Below, in pieces: positions 1-10,642 of a stretch of DNA of 64,000 bases (the stretch's first letter is position 1; each line of letters begins with the position of its first letter). Source of the DNA: Camelus dromedarius (lineage: Eukaryota); assembly GCF_036321535.1 (NCBI RefSeq), contig NC_087467.1, positions 620,001 through 684,000 on the forward strand, read 5' to 3'. A program made the position numbers and the translations under genes. The notes beneath the pieces were generated by a model that saw nothing but the letters and a program-made list of their open reading frames with translations, searched no databases and was not told where the DNA came from.

Positions 1-619
1 AGCCAAGGGCTTTGAACTACCTATTGAGCGGGGTTATTTCTTTATACCTAGACCTCTTGAAGTGTATTACTGAATGTTACAATTGAATGTTAGGCTATTC
101 AGAATTCTTTGAAAAATACTGAAATCCAAGTACATATTTAAAATGTTTATTTCTAGGTTATAAGTAGCTTCAGACAATTATTTCCCTGTTTATATTTATA
201 AATTTTATCTAGAACTCAGCTATCCTATACTATGTGTCACTTCCTTCCTTAATGGGAACATGAGATTACACTAATATACTTTTATTTTCTAATATGAAAT
301 CATGTTTTATTTGTTTATCTCATCAAACTTTATCTACTGATGGTGCCCCAAAAAGTAATAATCAAAAGCAAATACCTACAACATAAATACCTAAGAATGT
401 TAGCAACTGACTGCTTTACTTTGTGTTGATAAATATCTTTCTAATTTCCAGAAATCATCATTAGTCATTTAACTAAATGATCTTTTAATAGACAGATGAT
501 GAAGAGAAGATTTGGGGTTGTTACTATGAAAGCAAACTGGATAAAAACTGTACAGCAGAAAATTAGCACAGAATTGTAAATCTGCTATACTTCAATAAAA
601 AAATAAAGTAACTGATGAT

Positions 620-845
620 TTTATTCAAGACAATCAAGGAAAAGGTGGACAAAAGATGAAAAATTTCAACAGATTTTAATCTATTAAAAATAATCTAAAA
701 ATATTTAAAAACAGATTCTGGTGAATATTTTAGAACTGAAAAATAATATATCTGGAATTAAGAACTCGTTTGTTGGGTTTAATAAAATATCAAATTAGGT
801 ACAAGAAGACAGGATGGGGGAAATAGAAGATAAAAATATTCCAAC
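620..845 (+). mobile_element. Old L1 ORF1-region fragment
   Basis: A-rich sequence (ttttagaactgaaaaataatatatctggaattaagaactc..gatgggttt-like) resembles the L1 ORF1 coiled-coil region from memory. Confidence 0.45.
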
Positions 846-1939
846 ATCTGATCAGGTCAGCTTCCCAACACACCGAGATTAGTTCTTATTCTTATCTGTA
901 CTTAGGCTAGTTCCATCTCTCTTCCCCTGTATCCTCCATCCAAAGCTTCCCTTTTCCCAGCTGTCTTCTTCTCTACCTATTGTTTCAAGTCCTGTTTCCA
1001 CAGATCCCTGCTGAAGACCTGCATACTTGATCTCAGTAGCAGACAATATTGGGAAAATTTGAAAACTGGTTCATCAATGGGTGGTTGGCAGGCCCACACA
1101 GAACACTGCTAGTCACACTACCTGAAGTGCACAAAAGTCCACTTTGGGTGATTGTCACCAAGTAAATTCAGCAACAAATGTAAGGTAAGGACCCAGTGAT
1201 ACAATGTGAGTCCCAGAGAAAAAATCTTATTTCCCAGGAAATTAGAGTAGCAAAACAGACCCCCTTTTTCCAGAGAAATTGAAATTAGGAAAATGAGTTA
1301 TGAAACCGTGGAAGGAAGCAGAACCAGGGACTCACAACTGTGGCGCAGAGTTCGTGGCATGTTCTTCTGTACACCCAGAGTAAGGCCGTGGCTCAGTGCC
1401 TGGAACCGTGCTCGTGGTCAGAGTCGTTGCAGGAAAGCAGCGACATGAATGACCCCATGCCAAGTAAACGTCTCAGATTCCTACATTTCTGCTGCCTTGG
1501 AACTGAGTTGTTACCAGAATCTAGTGTAAGTGGTTTCAGCTCTGAGAAATGGAGGGCTTTGAGGACAAGGAAACATATCAGTCATTATACCACGTGCGTA
1601 TTTGCTCTTTGGTTCAGATTTAACAAAAGTAAGTTATATAAAACTTTGTTGTTTTCTCTTAGGGTATATATATATACCACCATCAGGGATACCTTAAATT
1701 TGTCTTTGTAGGCCTAAAGTTTGGGTTGTTTTCTATTCCTTGGAAAGAGATACAGAATATTAAGGTGTTAAGTTATTTAATTTTATACTAAAATAGGTAG
1801 GGTATGTGTGCATTTGTATATGTGAGTGCACGTGTGTGTCCATTCCTAAGTTGCCTTAACCTGTTACCAAACCTTGTCTCACTTAACCTCAATTTTATTC
1901 TTAAAATAGTAGGTAGAAAACAAATTTTTATCTTCAATT

Positions 1940-2062
1940 GGATCTTGTTTCACTATTAAAAGCTTTTAGACTGTTCGGACGGATCTTGTTTCACTATTAA
2001 AAGCTTTTAGACTGTTCGGACGGATCTTGTTTCACTATTAAAAGCTTTTAGACTGTTCGGAC
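1940..2062. repeat. Perfect tandem triplication of a 41-nt unit
   Basis: ggatcttgtttcactattaaaagcttttagactgttcggac occurs at 1940-1980, 1981-2021 and 2022-2062 with no mismatches. Confidence 0.97.
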
Positions 2063-2814
2063 TCAATGGTTGAATGTTGTGCCTCGGAACTTTGAAATGG
2101 TAACAAATAATATAACTGCTCTTGGACTGAAAGCTTTTCAGTGAACCTACCTCCCTTTTGTTAAAAACTGCAGACTGCCTGGGTTTTGCTTGCCCAGAGA
2201 ATTGAAGTCCTTGAGCTTTATTTAGTCGTTCCTTCACTCATACCTTCAGATAGTATCTGAGCCCTTACTCTACACCAGGTCAGAAACAAAATCACTTCCT
2301 GCATTCCATTTACCACGTTCCCTTTGGCAGTCTTTATTACAATCAGAAGAATGTTTTCTTAAGCAATTTACACAAATTTTCTCTTTTGACTTGGGGTTTG
2401 ATTTATACATCAATCAAATATGTTTGCTTGAACTGTCCTATGATTACTTTTGGTTTTTGTTAATAGCAGTAGTTAAAAGAAAAATACATACACAAAACCA
2501 GGTTTTCTTTCTTTTTTGCAATGTTTTTTGAGATATAATTGACAAACCATATTGTAAGTTTAAGTTTAATCATTAAATGATTACTACAGAAAGTTTAATG
2601 AAAAAATAAGGTTTTTTTAATGGTGACTTGCTGTGTGTCCAAGACTTTATTTTCCTCTTTTCTTCTTTAATTTCACTCAGCATTTAAAACTTACTTTACA
2701 TTCATTGTTTTAGGTTTCTATGTCTTTTTTTCTTTGAATAGTCCTGTAAGCAATGTCTGTATCTTTTAGTCTTTCTCTTTCTCATTGTTCATAACAGTGA
2801 CTACTCTTTTTAAA

Positions 2815-3245
2815 GTCAGGATTATTGAGGTATAATTAGCTCACTCCTTTAGGGAAATTCACCTTCTTAGTGTACAGTTCTGCGAGTTCTGCCCAGTGCG
2901 GTCACACACTGGCACCACAAGATGCAGGGCAGATCCCTCCTGCTGCTGCCTCCTCCCACCCACAGCCCCTGATGTGTTTTCTGTCCGTGTTGTTTTGCCT
3001 TTTTTTGAATGACATAAAAGTGGAATCATATCGTATCCAGTTTCGGGGACTGACTGCTTTCACGTAGCAAAATGCATCTGAGATTCACTCATGTTGCTGT
3101 GTATAGCACCAGTTTGTTCCTTTTATTGCTAAATGGTATAGCACTGTGTGGATTTACCCCAGTTTTTATCCATGCACCAGTTGAAGCACATTTGGGTTGT
3201 CTCCAGCTTCTGACTCTTATGAACAAAACCACTAGAAACGTTCAT
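2815..3245 (-). mobile_element. L1 3'-end fragment (L1MB/MC-like), antisense
   Basis: Typical antisense L1 3' UTR text: attattgaggtataatt..gtgtacagt..ttcactcatgttgctgtgtatagc..tttgggttgtctccagctt. Confidence 0.7.
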
Positions 3246-3339
3246 TTAGTAACTGACTTTTTAATGGATGCGGCTTAGAGATGGGGCACAGATGATGTAA
3301 CTGTGGAAGCAGTCAAGTGAGAAGAGACCAAAGACGCGG

Positions 3340-3445
3340 GCTCTGCTGCTGTTGCATCCAGTTCACTGTGACCTTGGACAAATAATTTAACTCTCTGTGC
3401 TTACTTCTCTTGTCAAGTGTGCATGGTTTAGGACTTAGTCCAGCT
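3340..3445 (+). mobile_element. MIR SINE fragment
   Basis: MIR core ctgtgaccttggacaaataatttaactctctgtgc. Confidence 0.6.
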
Positions 3446-3796
3446 TTAAAATGACGTGATATTGTGCTCTGTAGGTAAAGTGTGTACTCTTGTTTCTCTC
3501 AGAGGAGAATTATATATGGTCACATACATTTTTATAAAATTAAGTTGCATGAAACCAGTATAACTAATACTTAAAATTAGTAGGTGTCTCAGTCCAATCA
3601 CAAATGACTTGAAAATAATTTGTTTAATAAATTTTAGATGTCATTATAATCGAACCTTTTATAAATTATGTAATCCAGTTGATTATACATTGGAAAAGTA
3701 TTTTGATAGTAATACTCTTAAATAAAAACATTTGATAAATATTTTCTTTCGAAATATTTTAGCATTTATTTATTTATTTTCTTGTTTTTAATTTAG

Positions 3797-3867
3797 ATGG
3801 GTCTAGGGAAGACAATTCAAGCAGCTGGCGTTGCTTCTATAAGGAGGGATGGCCTCTTTTAATAGTG
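3797..3867 (+). pseudogene. ZRANB3: ZRANB3 Walker A exon remnant, frameshifted and 3'-truncated
   Basis: Acceptor ttgtttttaatttag precedes ATG at 3797. The frame reads MGLGKTIQAAGVASIRRDGLF* with TAA at 3860-3862. The homologous FYKEGWPLLIV lies in a shifted frame starting at 3835, and similarity stops near 3867. Confidence 0.88.
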
Positions 3868-3906
3868 TCATTAGTTCCTTTAGGGTATATTTTTAAAGTT
3901 ATATGT

Positions 3907-3915
3907 AAAAAAAAA

Positions 3916-3953
<38 letters not shown>
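3907..3953. repeat. Compound (A)n(TA)n(CA)n microsatellite
   Basis: Directly visible, about 40 nt after the truncated ZRANB3 exon. Confidence 0.95.
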
Positions 3954-5652
3954 TTTAAAATTATTTGAATATGCCTACTTTATATGTACCTTAAATATAC
4001 TTTAAACTATTTTAGGGTATAAAAATACATTTTACAATTTTTCAGTGATTAACTTGAAACTCATGAACTTCTGTTATCGGCAACAATGGTAGGCTTTGCT
4101 TAGAAGTTGTTAGTTAATATGCAAGTTTTATGTAAAACAAAATTAATGTTAACCCATTCCGCCGCGCGCTGCCGCGGCCAGTTCTGCTTTGACCCCCGCA
4201 CCGTCATCTGAAATAAACATACCTACGTGTAAGTAAGTATTCGTAAAATATTTCCCCTCTATCATCTTTTATAGTATTCAGGTCTTCTAATTTTTATTAT
4301 TATTTTGGAAGTATACTCTTGCAGTTAAATAGTGGCTGTTATTTTTGGGATATGATAGTATTACAACCCCAGAGGATGACTTTTCTGCAGGATGTCAGCT
4401 AAGGGCAGAAAACCTTACCCATTGTCTTCTAGGAACTTAAAGAAACAGCTTTAGGTTTATAGTAACGTGTGACAACATTATTACCGCAAATACATTTACC
4501 TCTTTTTGTCATATGTCTGTGAGGCCTGGACCGTCTGCTTGTCAAGACGTGGCAGGATAATAGCTGCGGTGACCTGTGACGCCCTTGTCTTCTGTATTTT
4601 GCTCTTAGTATATGAGTTAGTTAGCAGTATTAACCCTATACTTTTCATCAGCAGGCTTTTCTGTCAGGAGGTGCAGTAGGAAATTCATCAAGTCTCTATA
4701 TTGAATAGATTCATTCAGGGCTTAAATGCAGTTATCCTTAAGAAAAAAAATTGTCATGTTGGTACTGGCCATTTAGGAGATCTGACTTTTCTGTTAAAGG
4801 GTAGAGAACTGCAGAAGATTGACACTGCCCTGTGTTTTTCACTGGTGACATAGAATATGCAAAAGTGACATGTTTTATTGTTAATGAATTTATTTATCTA
4901 ATTATTTCATTCTGCAAACTCACTGGGAGTGTAACAGAGATGAATAAGGTACATTCCTTACCCTCACTAATCTTATAAGAGAAATAAATATGTAAATGAA
5001 TAATTTCATTATAGTATGATAGACAATATTATAGATGTATGAATTATAGAGATAATTTAAAAGAGCAGAGATGACTTCAGCCCAGTGTATCTCTGGGTGA
5101 GGTTGTACCCTCCTCCTGTCTTCCTCACACCTTACTGCCCCAGGGCAATGGCCATTTTTGCTGTCACCATGATAGGGACTCTACTGGCCTTTAATGAGAG
5201 GGTTCAGGAATGTGAAATGCACCACAGTACCCTGGACAGCCGTACAATACTAAGTGTCATCCTGCTCAAGATTTCAGTAGCACTTGAGTTGAGAAACACT
5301 GCTGTCCTCTTTTTTGGAAGGCTTCATTGTATAGTCAACTAATATTTGTGTACTTTTTATGTATGATTCCAGATGCATGGAAACAAATATTCTCAGAAAG
5401 TAATGTTCTTACCCTAGTAAAATGTGGCTAGCTGTATGTTAAAATATTCAGAAGACCATTTAACCAAAAATTTGGATTCTAATTTATCATATTTGAAGAT
5501 GGTAAAATCTTAAGAGATATTAGGTTTCAGCAATGTGCCATCTCTTCTTTTTCCTCCTCTCTTCTCCTTCGTATTTCTTCCCAAAGAGTTACATTGTTTT
5601 TGATATATTGGTTACTAAGATATATTTAAAGTGCATGGATTTTCTTTTGTAG

Positions 5653-5902
5653 GAGAATATCGGCCAGCAAAGTGCCAGTTCTGGATTATGGTCTGTTAAC
5701 CACAGATGCCGAGACGTTGACAGATGCCCAGATGTTGACAGATGCCCTGAATAATCAGAATTTTAGAGTCGTTACTGTGGGTGAATCTTGCTCCATGACG
5801 TCCAGAAATGCAGCTCGCAGCAGGATTTCACTGCCACTGGTCCAGAAAGCCACATCAGCCGTTCTTCTTATAGGAACCCCAGCTCTGGGAAGGCCTGAAG
5901 AG
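5653..5902 (+). pseudogene. ZRANB3: ZRANB3 Walker B / motif III exon remnant (open frame, degenerate motifs)
   Basis: Acceptor tttcttttgtag. The exon is 250 nt: 1 + 77 codons of the recalled human exon (232 nt) plus an 18-nt duplication. It overlaps the ORF-track entry 5672..5932 and is followed by gcatca instead of a GT donor. Confidence 0.92.
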
Positions 5903-6337
5903 GCATCAACATCCTTATACTTTGGGCTTTAAAAAAAGAACTGAATCGATCACTGTTTTTGTAATTTTTAATTTTAAATTTGATGCCCCAGATGCCATAA
6001 GAGCACATTGGGAATTTCTAGACAGCTGTTCATGATTAAATACATCTTTTGCCATGGCTGCTTTTATCTGTTTACATGTGAGCCTTAGCCATGCTTATAG
6101 TTGTATATAAAAAATAGCATCTACCATTATTATAAGATGTTCATATTTAGTACACATTTGTAATATTCTTCATATTTGTGTTCTTAAGGTTTTTCTATAG
6201 TCTTAACTTTCAATTATCTAGTTTATTTTACATCTCCCTAGGATTGGGGTTGAATCTCCTCTGTACCTTTTAGACTACATTACATAACTCCTCTCTCTTC
6301 CTCTTTCACTTCAAAATCCACATTTGGGAAGGTAGAG

Positions 6338-6434
6338 GGGTGGGTACAGCTCAGTGATAGAGCACTGTGCTTAGCGTGCACAAGGTCCTGGGTTCAATTC
6401 CCAGTACCTCCACTAATAACAACAAATGTAAATA
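6338..6434 (+). mobile_element. tRNA-Ala-derived SINE, camelid Vic-1 type, with target-site duplication
   Basis: gggtgggtacagctcagtgatagagcactgtgcttagcgtgcacaaggtcctgggttcaattcccagtacctcc (A box, B box) plus an A-rich tail. It is flanked by the direct repeat caaaatccacatttgggaaggtagag at 6312-6337 and 6435-6460. Confidence 0.85.
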
Positions 6435-6624
6435 CAAAATCCACATTTGGGAAGGTAGAGAGAAAATAGAAGTTATGTGCAGACCAGGGGGGATATCTGC
6501 TCTGAATGGAAGAATAAGGCATTTGTTTGATGCCCTATTTAGCTTTTACAGCTCTAAGAGGCAGATGGGGTATGGAGTAATTAAAAGGCTGGGAAGGAAA
6601 AATGAAGGATGAAACACTATTAAG

Positions 6625-6790
6625 GGTCAGTGTAACCTGGGGAAGCCCTGTCTGTGAAGGAGCGCCCAGTCAAAAAAAAAAAAAAAATACAGGCTTGTTG
6701 CTTGGTAGGGTTGTTGTGAGAATTAGAAGAAATACTGCTTTGAAAGTGCTGTGTCCTGGGCCTGGCATACATAGTAAGCACTCAGCTAAG
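6625..6790 (+). mobile_element. MIR SINE fragment
   Basis: gggttgttgtgagaattagaaga..aaagtgctgtg..cctggcatacatagtaagcactca matches the MIR 3' half. Confidence 0.65.
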
Positions 6791-7381
6791 GGTGTCCTTT
6801 GTTGTTACTGGTTATTAAGTCAGGCCCGAGTGATAGCTATTGCACAGCACCTCTGCTGGCATTACCAAGGGTCTGCTTTTGAACGCTGCCCTGGAATTCT
6901 TCAAATATGCAGAACAGTACATAGACAAAGACGGTAAAATTCTCAATTTCACCTTTTTAAATTTTTTGCTCTTGGATACATACTGGAAGTGGGAGAGTAG
7001 ACCCCAAGTAATTTACTTATGTTCTAAAATTATGTCACTGAATAATGGGATTTATTATGTGTTTATGAAAAATATATAAGATGTATCATTTAAGAAGGAG
7101 AGTATATAAAAGATAGGTATATTTTAAATGATAATAGAAAAATGAATCCTCAGCTATTGATTACCTAGCACAGGAAAGAGGATGCTGGCAGTACAGCAGT
7201 GGCTCCTGTGCACCATGTGATTACACGCCAGCACCTTCACTCCTCACCCAGGGCACCACTGTTCTCAGCAAGGGGAAGTCCTGGTTTTCTGGATCACGAT
7301 GATTCTACAATTTGGGGATGTTGCAACTCTTTAAGAAAAAAATATAAAATTACAAATCCTAAATAAGGAGTTCTGAAACTG

Positions 7382-9205
7382 GTGAGTCCTCTAACTTTGT
7401 GTTTCTTTTTCAAGATTATTTTGGATATTCTGGGTCCCTTGAATTTCCATATGAATTTTTTGTAGAACTTGGTAATTTTTGCAGAGAATCCAGCTTAGAT
7501 TTTCATAAGTATTGTGTTGAATCTGTAGGTCACGTTGGATTGTATTGCCATGTTAACAATATTGTCTAGAAATCTATGAACATGGGAGATCTTTCCATTT
7601 ATTTGAGTTTTTAATTAAATTTAATTTTCCAACTGTGCTTTGAAGCTTTAACAGTATAAGTCTTATGCTGCTTTTGTGAAGTATTCTTTTTAATGCTATT
7701 GTTAATAGATTTTTATTGATTTTATTTGTGGAATGTTTATTAAAAGTATATAGAAATACAGTCATTTTTGTGCATTGATCTTGTATCCTGCGACCTTGCT
7801 GAACTCATTTATTAGTTCTAATACTTTTTAGTGGGTTCCTTAGGATTTTCCATATACATGATCATGTCATTTCCAAATAGAGATGGTTTTACTTCTTTCT
7901 TTCCAATCTGGATGCCTTTTATTGTATTTTCTAGCATAAATAGCCAATTCTTGCCCTGGCTAGAACTTCCAGTACAGTTTTGAATGGAAATGGCAAGTGT
8001 GGGCATCCTTTTTGTTCCTAATCTTGGGAAGAAATCTATCTTTTATTGCTACATATTAACTATGTTAACTGTGGGGTTTTTGTAGATTTCCGTTACAAGA
8101 TTGAGCAAGTTCTTTACTATCTCTTGTTTATTGTGTGTTTAATCATGAAGGGATATTGAATTTTGTAAGCCTCTTTTCTGCATCTATTGAGGCAATCATA
8201 ATGGTTTTTATCCTTTATCCTACTGATAGGGTGTATTGTATTAGTTGATTTTCATGTTAAACCAACCTTGCATTCTAAGATAAATCTCGCCTGGTCACAG
8301 TATATAATCCTTGTATATGTTGCTGGATTCACTTTGTTAGTATTTTGTAGATGATAGTTGTGTCTATATTCATACAAGATATTGTTCTGTAGTTTTTTTG
8401 TTGTATCTTTGTTCAGTTTCTTATTGTCTTGGTATTGAAGTAGTGCTGACCTCAGAGAATGAGATGAGAATTGTTCCCTCCTATTCTTTTTTTTGGAAGG
8501 GTTTGCAAAACACTGGTATTACTTAAAAAAAAAAAAACATTTGGTGAATTTGATGATGATTTCTGGGCCTGAGCTTTTCTTTGTGGGCAGTTTTTAGATT
8601 AATAATTCATTCTCTTCACTGAATAAATTTCTATTCAGATTATCTATTTCCTTTTGAGTCAGTTTTGATATTTGTGTTTTTTTAGGAAGTTGTCCATTTC
8701 ATCTATATTATCTAATATAGTGGCATCCAGTTTTCATGGAATTCTTATAATTCTTTGTATTTCTGTGAGGTTTATAGTAATGTCCCCTTTTATTTCTGGT
8801 TTTAGAAATTTGAATTTTATCTTGGCAGTCTAGCTAAAATTTTATCAACTTTGTTGATCTCTATAAGAACCAACTATTGGTTTCACTGATTTTTTTTTGT
8901 ATTGCTTTCCATTCTCTATTTTGTTTATTTACATTCTTTATGTTATTTCTTCTGTTTGTTTTGGGTATAATTTGCTCTTCCTTTCCCAGTATCTCAAGGT
9001 GAAAATTTAGATTATTAATTTGAGAACTTTCTTCTTTTTTAGTATAGATATATACCAATATAAATTTTTCTCTACACACTGCTTTCACAGCATCTCATTT
9101 TTGGTATGTTGTCTCCTCAAATTTCATTTATTGCAAAGTCTTTTCTAATTTCCAGTTTACCTTGTGGTTTCTTTTTTGAACAGTTGGTTATTTAGAAGTA
9201 TACTG
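7382..9205 (-). mobile_element. Decayed L1 ORF2 segment, antisense
   Basis: Minus-strand ORFs give L1 ORF2 peptides: [29 protein letters not shown] (RT core, cf. LSLFADDMIVYLENP) at 7818..8006 and KAVCREKFILVYIYTKKEESSQINNLNFHL at 8861..9088. The segment has many stops and frameshifts. Confidence 0.9.
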
Positions 9206-9209
9206 TCAT

Positions 9210-9825
9210 ATAAAAAGGATGCAAAGCAACAAAGCCACTTTGGGAAACACTTCGGCCATTCCTCAATAAGTTAAAAATTGAAATACTATAACCTAGCAAA
9301 TCCCTTCTTAGGTATATACTCAAGAGAATTGAAAACATACGTTCACAACGTACAGATGTTCACAGTGCCATTATTCATGATATCCAAAAAGTGGGGAGAA
9401 GCCAGTGTCCATAACTGCTGAATGGATCAACAAAATGCAGCCATAAAAAGGAATGAAGTGCTGATTCACTCTACAGCGTGGGTGAGCCTTGAAGACACTA
9501 TGCTAAGTGAAAGGAGCCACACACAAAGACTACATATTTTATGATTCAGTTTTTATGAAATGTCCAAAATAGGCAAATTCATAGAGCTAGGAAATAGATT
9601 AGTGGTTGCCAAGACTGGGAGAGAGGGAGACTGGGATTAGTGATGAGTATAGATTTTTTTTTTGGAGTCATAAAAATGTTCCAGAATTAGATAGTGGTGA
9701 TCAAGACACAACTTTGTGAATCTACTAACAAGACACTGATTTGTACACGTTAAAAGTCAGAACAATAAAACTGGTATATGAATTTATATCTCAAGCTGTT
9801 ATTTTTTTTAAAATATTAAAATAAC
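9210..9825 (+). mobile_element. L1 3' end (ORF2 tail and 3' UTR), sense
   Basis: gccactttgggaaacac..taggtatatactcaagagaattgaaaacatacgttcac..tagtggttgcc..ttagatagtggtgat.., ending in an A/T-rich tail. Confidence 0.8.
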
Positions 9826-10642
9826 ACTACTAAGTGCAGCGTATTAAAGTTATAAAAATGGATAGATTTCATGATACAATTGATGAAAGTGTTAATTGGG
9901 ACTTTTTTTTTTTTTTTTTTACAGTGCAGCATGGTAACATCTATCAAATTTTAAAAAGCATATACCTTAAATTTACCTGTTTCATTTCTAAAAATGTACC
10001 CTATAAACCCATCTAATACAGATGCATATAGGGGATGGACAGACAAGACAAATGAGTGACAGGTGTAACTGTCAATGCATATACATACACCTACACCTAC
10101 ATATATATATATATATGTGCACTCATACACATAGACTTAACCAAGTTATTAATTTTTAATAATTGCATAGAAGCTAGAAACAGCCTATATGTCCATTATC
10201 AGAAGACTGTTTAAATCTTTCAGTCTATCTACATAATAATGGGTTGCTCTGCCACCTTTAAGTAGTGTTTTATTATTTTAATAGATTGCTTCTATGATTT
10301 TAAAACTAAAAATTAAATATATATGTACTTTAATGATGTCTAGGACATGTTTGGGGGGACAGAATTCTAATTGTGTATTATAATATGATCCTTTCCTGTG
10401 AATAAAAGAGAATATATACATAAGCTTATGTAGGCATGCAACGTATATATATGTACACTGAAGAAAAGGTTAGCATTTATTCCTGAAGAACAGGATGGCA
10501 AGGATGAGTGGATGGAGGGGAACGAGGAGCATTGAGGGAAAAAGTAGATTTTTTTTTCACTTTTTACTTTTTCATTAAGTGGATTCATCATAGTAATAAT
10601 AGTTTACTAGAAAATATAACATATTGAGAACACTTGTGTCAG

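Noticed and set aside
3797-3867. SMARCAL1 as the source of MGLGKTIQA..WPLL
   Set aside because: The motif is shared, but the next two exons match recalled ZRANB3-specific sequence (DALNNQNF, GTPALGRPEE, LFMxIEALFPQKFG) and not SMARCAL1.
4147-4210. piggyBac-like element (TTAA-CCC start)
   Set aside because: No matching GGG-TTAA right end was found. Kept only as a CpG-patch observation.
6338-6412. tRNA-Ala(AGC)-like gene (also 13571-13646)
   Set aside because: The acceptor stem is degenerate and there is an A-rich tail with a TSD, so these are tRNA-derived SINEs and not tRNA genes.
7574-9088. L1 ORF2-like ORFs as an active retrotransposon
   Set aside because: They are short fragments with stops and frameshifts, and the catalytic ADD reads GND.
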